From a virus: 64,000 nucleotides of DNA. The position numbers were made by a program, and so were the translations under genes. The first letter of the stretch is position 1; each line of letters opens with the position of its first letter. The notes beneath the pieces are model-generated. The model was not told where the DNA came from. It was given only the letters and a program-made list of their open reading frames with translations, and searched no databases. Positions 10,761 to 17,460 of this stretch are shown in pieces. Location: the IMG/VR virus record IMGVR_UViG_3300045988_081419, positions 22,541 through 86,540 of that record; one strand, given 5' to 3'.

Positions 10761-11333
10761 CTATCTCTTCTGCTCTAATAGTATTCTCTTAAACACTTTC
10801 ACTATTTTACCGGGCAAACTGTGTTTCTGCACATATTTCCATGCTTCGGTTTCATCATCAAACTGAACCCAGTTTACTAAATAATCTCCATGCACTATGT
10901 CTTTCATAGGAACACCACATACATAATCTCTCATAAACACTTCACTTTCTGCTCCCGGCAAGTCAAGGTCTCTGATAGGACTATCCTGTCTTTTAGTAAG
11001 TTCTCTCATAAGCTGTTCTGTTGATATAGAAGAAACTTGAAAACTCAAGTCTTCTACCCTCTCAAAACGATAAGTCTGACCTGTAGCATTATCAAGTCTA
11101 TCTTTAATGTACAAAGTCATTTCATCACCAAACTGTTCACAAGTATCATGGTCTGCCACAAAGTCTTCAACTGGTCGCACAAAATTTCCATATTCTGGGT
11201 GGCACACATTAAAATAACTAACCATAAAGGTCTTTTCATCTAAAGCACTTTTTGAAATACCTGTCACACAATAATATTGACCTTTAAAGTGTCTATACAA
11301 TCCCGGCTTAACACTAACACTATTCATATTCAT
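10761..11333 (-). CDS. DUF1653 domain protein
   Basis: N-terminal GLYRHFKGQYYCVTG... resembles the DUF1653 core. The C-terminal half is unassigned. Confidence 0.5.
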   Translation of the reverse strand: MNMNSVSVKPGLYRHFKGQYYCVTGISKSALDEKTFMVSYFNVCHPEYGNFVRPVEDFVADHDTCEQFGDEMTLYIKDRLDNATGQTYRFERVEDLSFQVSSISTEQLMRELTKRQDSPIRDLDLPGAESEVFMRDYVCGVPMKDIVHGDYLVNWVQFDDETEAWKYVQKHSLPGKIVKVFKRILLEQKR

Positions 11334-11989
11334 TCCTCCTCTGGTGCATAAGCAAATATAGTTCCCTCTACTGTGTCATAAGTCTTTAGAGTCTTTACCC
11401 AGTTATCTTCAACAAGACTTTCAGCATAGAAATACTGTACCTCAAAAGGTAAATCACTGCCAAACAATAACACTGAATACACATTGGCTAAAGTCTGGTA
11501 TGTGACCTCTTGTGATTCAAGTGAACCATTGTAGGCTACACTAAACTGTATTCCTCCATCTTTCTGATAGATAACCTCTTCAATCGTATTCGGAAATTTA
11601 GGACTCACAACCCTATTTAGTATCACCTGAGTTATCATTTTCTGTGACTGATTATTCCCCTCACCTGCTTCTGCTTGAACACACTTTGCAAGTAATTGTA
11701 CTTCCTCTTTTGAATAAGAGGACTTACCACTGTTCAATTCTTCTTCCATTCTTATTCTCAAGCTATACTCTTCTGCATACTTGTCAAAATTAGTTTCTGC
11801 CAAAGACCTCACTTCTTCTAGGTTCTCATTGTACGCTATCCTGTTACTATCTATGGCACTTTGCAAGTCCTCATTGATTTTCTCTAAATCCTCCATGTTC
11901 TTCATAGAGAATAAGAGTATCACTAAACACAAAATACCAAAGAAAACAGTGGTACAGAAATACACCTTGTCTGCTCTAATTCCTTTCAT
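11330..11989 (-). CDS. SleB-like cell wall hydrolase with N-terminal membrane anchor
   Basis: VQAEAGEGNNQSQKMITQVILNRVVSPKFPNTIEEVIYQ matches the Hydrolase_2 (SleB) signature. N-terminal TM helix. Confidence 0.65.
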   Translation of the reverse strand: MKGIRADKVYFCTTVFFGILCLVILLFSMKNMEDLEKINEDLQSAIDSNRIAYNENLEEVRSLAETNFDKYAEEYSLRIRMEEELNSGKSSYSKEEVQLLAKCVQAEAGEGNNQSQKMITQVILNRVVSPKFPNTIEEVIYQKDGGIQFSVAYNGSLESQEVTYQTLANVYSVLLFGSDLPFEVQYFYAESLVEDNWVKTLKTYDTVEGTIFAYAPEEE

Positions 11990-12052
11990 TATGTACCTCC
12001 TAAATAAAATTAGTCTGCATGACTTTTACATCACACAGACTGATTTTAACAC

Positions 12053-13726
12053 TTATTTTCTTGTAGGTAAAGTCTCCACAATAGAGTCAATAATCTTTCT
12101 CACATCACTTGCCCCACTTCCGATTGAACTATACACATTGATAACGTCCACAACTCTCTCAGAGAATCCAGTAATAAGATTTTTTCTAAAGTCATCAGTG
12201 TTGACAATAGCAAAGCTGTTACCTAAGAGGTTATCCAGATACAGCTTCTTAATGACTTTCTTCTTAAAGAGGATATTCACCGCTTCGTCTGTGTTATAAG
12301 AAGAGTAATAACCTCTTACATACAGACGGAAAGAACTACCACTGGAAGAATAGCAATCTCCATCAGAAAGAATGATTAAGTTGTCATACTTAGTATTCTG
12401 ACTTGCAAGTACATTGATTGCAGTGTCCAGATTCGTACAACTACCTACATTGTGGTTCATAATAGTCTTCATAATGTCCATAACTGTAGACTTCTTAGAA
12501 ATGTCAGTCACCTGCTCACATCTATCTGCGAACACATACACATCTGCAATTCCTTTCTTAAAGCAGATTGCACCTAACATACAAGCTACAATGTCTGCTG
12601 TTACATTAGAAGCACCAGATACAGAGTGTCTCATAGAACCAGAACGGTCAATAAGGATAGCACTGTAACCCTCAATATCCTGCAAGTTGTCAATAGAGAG
12701 GTCTAATGCTTCTACTAAAGCGTCCATGACTCTTCTCTTTCCGGCAGAATTACTCAGTTTAGACACCTCTTGATATGCACTGTAGAATCTGAAAGGTAAC
12801 AGTCTGGACTTCTGTACCTCTTTCTTATTCGTGAGTTTTGCCACAATACTGTCTACTGCTTTAGAATCACTAAACATACCTGCTCTGTCAAGTGCTACAA
12901 GGTTCTTCACAATAGCCATGACTGTAGAGGTATCAATGGACTTCTTAACATCAGCCTTTGTGGTCTTACTGTTCTTGTTGTTCACTTTAGACAACTCAGC
13001 CTGCACCTGCTTAGTCTCTTCACTGCCACCAAACTCTACATTACCCTCAATGACTCTCTTATAGAAGTCTTCACTGACCCTAGAGTTAGCCGGATTAGGT
13101 CTTAAAAGTTTGATACAGTCGGCAAGAGATACCTCTCTGTTATCTCCCAGTGCTTTAGACAACTGATACTCGTTAAAAGACTCCAACTTCATTTTCAAGG
13201 ACTTCCTTAACTGCATAGGGAGTGGCTGATTTCTGTGATTGGTCTTATTCTTTCCCCGACCTTTTGTAGTCACGTCAAAACCAAACACATTCATCTGCAT
13301 TGCCATAATATCAGTAATGTCTTTACCTCTTCTAACAATATAGTCTGTGTAGGTCTGCAACTTGTTTCTTCCAGTCACTTCATCAATGAAGTTCTCACCC
13401 TTAAATCTAGGGTCATTAAAACAAGCTGTAAGCACTGCCAGAGGGTACTGAATCATATTATACTCTCTGCCGATTCTGGCTACTTTTAAAGCATACTCTA
13501 CATCAGACTCCGGGATTTCCGCAATAAGTCTCTGAATCTCTTTAAAGTCTTTCTCTGCTGTCCTCTTCTCATAATGAGTACCCTCACCAAAGAAAGAACT
13601 CAACACTTTACTAAACAGAATTTCAAGGGTGTCTAACTTATGTACTACACTACCCTCATGGTTCACTGTCTTTCTGGTGTCAGTCTTCATGTTCACTGCT
13701 CCACGTTTCTTGTTCATTGTTGCCAT
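12053..13726 (-). CDS. rsr: Ro60/Rsr ortholog (TROVE domain + vWA domain)
   Basis: By eye it aligns to human Ro60 landmarks: FFGEGTHYEK (cf FGSEGGTYY), RLLPFRFYSAYQ (cf RIHPFHILIALETY), MIDAS AILIDRSGSM (cf LAVDVSASM), GSCTNL, LIILSDGD. Start set at MATMNKK behind SD AAGGAGG (ATG 13724-13726). Confidence 0.85.
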   Translation of the reverse strand: MATMNKKRGAVNMKTDTRKTVNHEGSVVHKLDTLEILFSKVLSSFFGEGTHYEKRTAEKDFKEIQRLIAEIPESDVEYALKVARIGREYNMIQYPLAVLTACFNDPRFKGENFIDEVTGRNKLQTYTDYIVRRGKDITDIMAMQMNVFGFDVTTKGRGKNKTNHRNQPLPMQLRKSLKMKLESFNEYQLSKALGDNREVSLADCIKLLRPNPANSRVSEDFYKRVIEGNVEFGGSEETKQVQAELSKVNNKNSKTTKADVKKSIDTSTVMAIVKNLVALDRAGMFSDSKAVDSIVAKLTNKKEVQKSRLLPFRFYSAYQEVSKLSNSAGKRRVMDALVEALDLSIDNLQDIEGYSAILIDRSGSMRHSVSGASNVTADIVACMLGAICFKKGIADVYVFADRCEQVTDISKKSTVMDIMKTIMNHNVGSCTNLDTAINVLASQNTKYDNLIILSDGDCYSSSGSSFRLYVRGYYSSYNTDEAVNILFKKKVIKKLYLDNLLGNSFAIVNTDDFRKNLITGFSERVVDVINVYSSIGSGASDVRKIIDSIVETLPTRK

Positions 13727-13764
13727 AATACATTCCTCCTTTAATTTCATAAATGTGTGGATAT

Positions 13765-13801
13765 AATAAAAGACCTCACAATTCGGGAAGATTGTGAAGT
13801 C
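13765..13801 (-). terminator. Rho-independent terminator ending the tRNA/ncRNA operon
   Basis: Minus strand GACTTCACAAT-CTTCCCGA-ATTGTGAGGTC (11 bp, one G-U) followed by UUUUAUUAU. Confidence 0.7.
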
Positions 13802-13816
13802 CTTTAATCTTAACAA

Positions 13817-13969
13817 GTGTAGGAAGAAAAGCGTTATTGTATGAAATCGTTTGCTTCATTAAAAGTGAAGTGCCTTAACCAATTAGGCTATCTGTCAAAT
13901 TATTTGGCTGACGGAGTGGGAATCGAACCCACATAAATGATGTAAACAATAACTGCACAATCCTACCAC
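13817..13969 (-). ncRNA. Circularly permuted tRNA-like RNA, unit A (Y RNA/YrlA-like; anticodon-arm loop UUU)
   Basis: Minus strand order: T arm GTGGG-TTCGATT-CCCAC (13932-13916); closed acceptor TCCGTCA-GCCAAATAATT-TGACAGA (13915-13891); TA; D arm GCCT-AATTGGTTA-AGGC (13888-13872); A; anticodon arm CTTCA-CTTTTAA-TGAAG (13870-13854). Flanks pair: GTGGTAGGA/TCCTACAC and GTTATTGT/ACAATAAC. Confidence 0.6.
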
Positions 13970-13986
13970 AATAATTACTACGTTAA

Positions 13987-14137
13987 AATTTAGGAGTAAA
14001 GCCACTTAGCTGTAAATCTCTTAAAGAGTGTTTTCAAGACACTTGCGTATTCCAGTTTCGCCAAATTTCCAATCGGAAATTATAAGATTTGAACCTATAT
14101 ATTTTATGATGTAAGCTAAATGTACACAACCCAAATT
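13987..14137 (-). ncRNA. Circularly permuted tRNA-like RNA, unit B (Y RNA/YrlA-like; anticodon-arm loop UGA)
   Basis: Minus strand order: T arm ATAGG-TTCAAAT-CTTAT (14098-14082); perfect closed acceptor AATTTCC-GATT-GGAAATT (14081-14064); TG; D arm GCG-AAACTGGAATA-CGC (14061-14045); A; anticodon arm AGTGT-CTTGAAA-ACACT (14043-14027). Candidate closing helix AATTTGGG (14137-14130) / CCTAAATT (13994-13987). Confidence 0.55.
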
Positions 14138-14181
14138 ATTATATTCCTTTTAAAGTGGAGTAAAACGATAAAGTCTGTTTG

Positions 14182-14254
14182 TTATCACAACAGGAGTCGA
14201 ACCTGCAATCTTTTTCTTGGAATGAAAACGTCTTAACCATTTGACTATATGATG
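14182..14254 (-). tRNA. tRNA-Gly(UCC): tRNA-Gly (anticodon UCC)
   Basis: Hand-folded cloverleaf: CATCATA-TA-GTC..GAC-G-TTTTC-ATTCCAA-GAAAA-AGATT-GCAGG-TTCGACT-CCTGT-TGTGATA-A. One C1-A72 mismatch. No encoded CCA. Confidence 0.8.
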
Positions 14255-14320
14255 TAAACTTTATCTACACAACCACTATAGTTACTCTATCATAAGGAAG
14301 AAAAACATAAAAGACTTCTT

Positions 14321-14393
14321 TTCATATTGTCGGAATCGAACCAACTACACTTATTTCCCAAAAATAATGCTCTACCTATTGAGCTAAACATGA
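14321..14393 (-). tRNA. tRNA-Pro(UGG): tRNA-Pro (anticodon UGG)
   Basis: TCATGTT-TA-GCTC-AATAGGTA-GAGC-A-TTATT-TTTGGGA-AATAA-GTGTA-GTTGG-TTCGATT-CCGAC-AATATGA-A. Confidence 0.8.
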
Positions 14394-14481
14394 TGTAATC
14401 TTTTATTACACAATCCTTATTTTCTTTAACACTGCTCTCAGCGTGTTTACACTATATCACACTTTCTAAAAGCTGTCAAAA

Positions 14482-14554
14482 CTGCCCTTACTGGATTTGA
14501 ACCAGTGAAATGCAGGAGTCAAAGTCCTGTGCCTTACCACTTGGCGAAAGGGCA
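14482..14554 (-). tRNA. tRNA-Gln(UUG): tRNA-Gln (anticodon UUG)
   Basis: TGCCCTT-TC-GCCA..GGC-A-CAGGA-CTTTGAC-TCCTG-..-ACTGG-TTCAAAT-CCAGT-AAGGGCA-G. The U1-A72 pair is typical of bacterial tRNA-Gln. Confidence 0.85.
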
Positions 14555-14742
14555 ATGAAGCAGACACTTTATCACGCATTTACCTTACCACTAATGACAC
14601 TACTGATGTATCACAATGACCTCAGTATGTTATCACCAATGGAACAGTCGAGTGGAAGGGTAGTCTGCACACCCAATCGGCTTATCCACACATTCAAGTG
14701 TGAGAGTGTATGGTGTGGAGAAAGGATTCAAGCCACACCAAG

Positions 14743-14827
14743 TCGGTGAGGTAGGAATTGAACCTACGTTGTTTCTAATGTCACAGATTTACAGTCTGCT
14801 GTCTTCGCCTACTGGACACACTCACCG
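14743..14827 (-). tRNA. tRNA-Tyr(GUA): tRNA-Tyr (anticodon GUA), class II with long variable region
   Basis: CGGTGAG-TG-TGTC-CAGTAGGCGAA-GACA-GCAGA-CTGTAAA-TCTGT-GACATTAGAAACAAC-GTAGG-TTCAATT-CCTAC-CTCACCG-A. Confidence 0.75.
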
Positions 14828-15054
14828 ATTTTAAGTCACTGTGATAGGAAAGTCCGGCTGTTATACTTCGTTCACACTTCATTGGATAGACTAAAGTGAT
14901 TTCGGCAACTATCTCCTTGTCTGCTACTCATACATATCCGTCTCGTCTATCAAGACCTTTCGCTTTGGCAATCAACAAGTTCGTGACTATCAGCATTTTT
15001 ATTGTAAGTCCTCCACTACTGGAATACCTTACTTAGTCGGCTGACAAGACTAAA

Positions 15055-15127
15055 CTGACTCAGCAGGACTCGAACCTGCGACTTTCTGATTAACAGTCAG
15101 ACGTTCTACCAACTGAACTATGAGTCA
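15055..15127 (-). tRNA. tRNA-Asn(GUU): tRNA-Asn (anticodon GUU)
   Basis: TGACTCA-TA-GTTC-AGTTGGTA-GAAC-G-TCTGA-CTGTTAA-TCAGA-AAGTC-GCAGG-TTCGAGT-CCTGC-TGAGTCA-G. Confidence 0.85.
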
Positions 15128-15222
15128 TCATGCACACTCATGTAGTTTCCGTTTTCCTATTGCTAGCATTGGTCTCTGCACAACTGAGTGTGTGATATAG
15201 GAATTTCCTAGGATTCCTATAA

Positions 15223-15298
15223 CTGAGTAGGAAGGTATCGAACCTTCTTTACAACACTGTTGCAACACAGGTGTTTTCTTCCACAACAAAGCTACTCA
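15223..15298 (-). tRNA. Aberrant tRNA-like gene (non-canonical anticodon arm, identity undetermined)
   Basis: Perfect acceptor TGAGTAG/CTACTCA and T arm GAAGG-TTCGATA-CCTTC. The D stem is weak (TTT/AAA). The anticodon region CCTGTGTTGCAACAGTG folds only as CTGT/ACAG with a 6-nt loop, or as 3 bp with the 8-nt loop UGUUGCAA. Confidence 0.45.
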
Positions 15299-15580
15299 TT
15301 AAAGGTAAGTGTCTGTAGGCTTTCCACCTACTTGCAGGTTTGGTAGTTATCGTCTAACTCACAAGACCTCTTTTACCCAGTGACTTTTCTGGCAACCTTA
15401 CGGATTTGTTTCCACTGACTATTGCTACACAGTCTTAACCACATGGGAATATGGGCTGTATAACTCATTTCACTTACCAATAGTGGTAAAGGGTACTATC
15501 ACCTCGCCCTGTTATTATCGGGTGAATTTAGTAGGTACACGCATTACTGCATATTGTGTATGACCTCTCTTACCACTAAA

Positions 15581-15668
15581 CGGAGTGTATAGGACTTGAA
15601 CCTACGCTACGTCTTAACGTACTAGAAGATTAGCAATCTTCCCTCTTCACCAACTTGAGTAACACTCC
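15581..15668 (-). tRNA. tRNA-Ser(GCU): tRNA-Ser (anticodon GCU), class II
   Basis: GGAGTGT-TA-CTCA..GAG-G-GAAGA-TTGCTAA-TCTTC-[variable arm TACGT-TAAG-ACGTA]-GTAGG-TTCAAGT-CCTAT-ACACTCC-G. Confidence 0.85.
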
Positions 15669-15858
15669 ATGCTCCACCTTGTTATAGTCGTGGTGGACAC
15701 CCTGACTTGCAAGTAAAGTTTCTTTCGCTAGGTGCTTCGCATGACTCCACTCGACTTCATCACCCTGTAAGTTTTCATTTCTATATCCACCTTTCGATTG
15801 ACTGCTTACCCAGTGGTGGAATAGGGGAGTTGTTTGTCTTCTCTTGAAGACGATTCAC

Positions 15859-15887
15859 AGTATAGCATTAAACGGAAGTTTCGTCAA
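15859..15887 (-). promoter_or_regulatory. Sigma-70-type promoter of the tRNA/ncRNA operon
   Basis: Minus strand TTGACG (15887-15882), 17-nt spacer, TATACT (15864-15859). It overlaps the 3' end of the upstream CDS. Confidence 0.55.
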
Positions 15888-16221
15888 GCAGTCCGTTTTC
15901 ATCTAACACCTGCAAAATTGCATTGCTCATTTTCCTCCACACTTTCATATACCATGTGGCAAATAGCTCCTCAGTGTCATCATCAACAGCAAGACCACTC
16001 TCATTACAAAAAGCATGGAATATCTCATGTGCTACAATCTCCCTTGCTCTCTGCTCCGACTCAGACACTAAAACACAATCGTCCATAGAGTCTAACACAT
16101 TTATCTTTTTGGAATAAATTCTACACTCTCCCATATTCTCCTCTGAAAGACCAATTTCTTTTCTCTCACCTATGTTCACTAAATACTCAGTGTCTAATAC
16201 TGAAACTTTTGACTGCTTCAT
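15868..16221 (-). CDS. Putative HExxH metallopeptidase-like protein
   Basis: REIVAHEIFHAFCNE motif. Start set at MKQSKVSV behind SD GGAGGG. Confidence 0.5.
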   Translation of the reverse strand: MKQSKVSVLDTEYLVNIGERKEIGLSEENMGECRIYSKKINVLDSMDDCVLVSESEQRAREIVAHEIFHAFCNESGLAVDDDTEELFATWYMKVWRKMSNAILQVLDENGLLDETSV

Positions 16222-16222
16222 A

Positions 16223-16423
16223 CTACACCCTCCAAATGTACGGAACACCAAACACAATAAGTACTCCAATCATAACACTAATCACAAGGAACACTATCAA
16301 ATAGAACACCTTGTATTTCAGTGCTGTAAACAAACCCTTGTCTGACATAACATTTGCAATCGCTGTGACCCACACAAACACCAGAAATGCAATCAGAACA
16401 CAAAACAAAATCTGCAATAACAT
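16223..16423 (-). CDS. Small membrane protein
   Basis: Two TM helices. The ATG at 16423 follows AGAGAGG, whereas the track start at 16450 is a TTG. Confidence 0.5.
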   Translation of the reverse strand: MLLQILFCVLIAFLVFVWVTAIANVMSDKGLFTALKYKVFYLIVFLVISVMIGVLIVFGVPYIWRV

Positions 16424-16689
16424 CTTGCTACCTCTCTTTCTTTTTATCAATGTACACTCATTATATCACATCAGTTAAAACAGTCAATCACGCTCCGGCT
16501 TCGCCATTACTTCTGTAATAACTAAATTATATAACTATTTAATATTATTTATATTATATAATAACATACCTAAAGGTATGTATAGTCCTGCGGACCAGTG
16601 CAAAGCACTGTTAAATTCAAGTGTTTCTCACTATTTACTCACGCATTTAAGGTATTTAAGGACCACTACCTCACTCACAAATTTACCTC

Positions 16690-17460
16690 ACAGAATTTTA
16701 ACACCTCACTTTCTCACCAGTTTCTCAGAACACCTCACTCACAAAGGGGTATGGGGTCGGTGTTTAAGGGTCACACACCTCACCGAAATTCTTACCTAGT
16801 TCTGAGGTACTAGGCGACACATCAGTGAACCTCTGTCCATTTAAGGGTGGGGTACACTATGAAAAGGGTGTTTTCACTCAAAAATTTCAAGTTTTCAGCA
16901 CCAAATCACTAACCAACACTACTATTTCAATAAAATTATTAGTTTTCAGTATCAAAGCAATGAATTTTATTCAAAGTTTGATTATTTATACATAATGTGT
17001 ATAGTGTATGTGCATAGTGTGTATATAGTATGTGTCTATACTATATGTAGTATGTATATAGTGTATATAGTACTATGTATATACAATATATTGTATGAAT
17101 AATATGTGGATAGTATTGTATAATTATTACTTATTTATACAGTATATACATATAATATACATACTATTATAAAAGACCACACATATAGTACTAGGGTACA
17201 TTACCAATTTTTAAGCACATATAGGAGTATAGCCCTACCTCATATATCCACTCTATATAATCTATTATATACCTACCACCCCTCCCCAGTGTTCTCACTA
17301 CACTCACTATACTCTCACCAACACCTCACTTGTGTTATATACATTTCCTTAAAACACCTCACTCTTTCTCTAAACACAATTAAATACTTTCACTTCTCAG
17401 CGGAATTTCTTCTTTTGGCACACCTACACCTGTTCAAGCACCTTTAGTGACACCTCACTG
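16690..17460. repeat. Iteron-like direct repeats ACACCTCAC(T/C), at least 6 copies in one orientation
   Basis: Plus-strand copies at 16701-16710, 16730-16739, 16775-16784, 17321-17330, 17354-17363 and 17450-17459. TACCTCAC variants near 16668 and 16685. They lie inside a 1.1 kb gene-free region. Confidence 0.6.
16960..17300. repeat. Alternating pyrimidine-purine AT-rich low-complexity tract (TATAGTGTATA-type)
   Basis: Runs such as gtgtatagtgtatgtgcatagtgtgtatatagtatgtgtctatactatatgtagtatgtatatagtgtatatag. There is no ORF, and iteron clusters lie on both sides. Confidence 0.6.

Noticed and set aside
13854-13897. The 5' half (acceptor strand, D arm and UUU anticodon arm), considered as an ordinary tRNA-Lys whose T arm lies downstream.
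   Set aside because: The ~40 nt downstream of the anticodon arm contains no T stem-loop. The only T arm, and the only strand complementary to the acceptor, lie upstream.
13905-13935. The T arm followed by an acceptor strand and GCCA, considered as the 3' end of a tmRNA, or as a tRNA with a large intron.
   Set aside because: No complementary 5' acceptor strand and no tag reading frame within several hundred nt upstream. The complementary strand is found 11 nt downstream instead, which gives the permuted architecture.
14107-14127. The hairpin GUGUA-CAUUUAGCU-UACAU, considered as the anticodon arm of an ochre (UUA) suppressor tRNA.
   Set aside because: The loop is 9 nt, and the surrounding D and acceptor pairings are poor. 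The same hairpin recurs with different loops as the conserved leader upstream of tRNA-Gly, tRNA-Pro and unit A.
14682-14690. An exact DnaA box TTATCCACA in a tRNA spacer.
   Set aside because: It is a single isolated 9-mer inside a transcribed ncRNA operon, which is compatible with chance.
14510-14749. Plus-strand 79-aa ORF.
   Set aside because: It runs across tRNA-Gln and a structured spacer, on the strand opposite to every real gene, and has no SD.
16578-16813. Plus-strand ORFs in the iteron region.
   Set aside because: Their sequence is just the translation of the repeated ACACCTCAC boxes (LTH/LT repeats). They have no SD and overlap each other in two frames.
16690-17460. The short direct repeats, considered as a CRISPR array.
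   Set aside because: The repeats are only 10 bp, their spacing is irregular (19 to more than 500 bp), and there are no cas genes.
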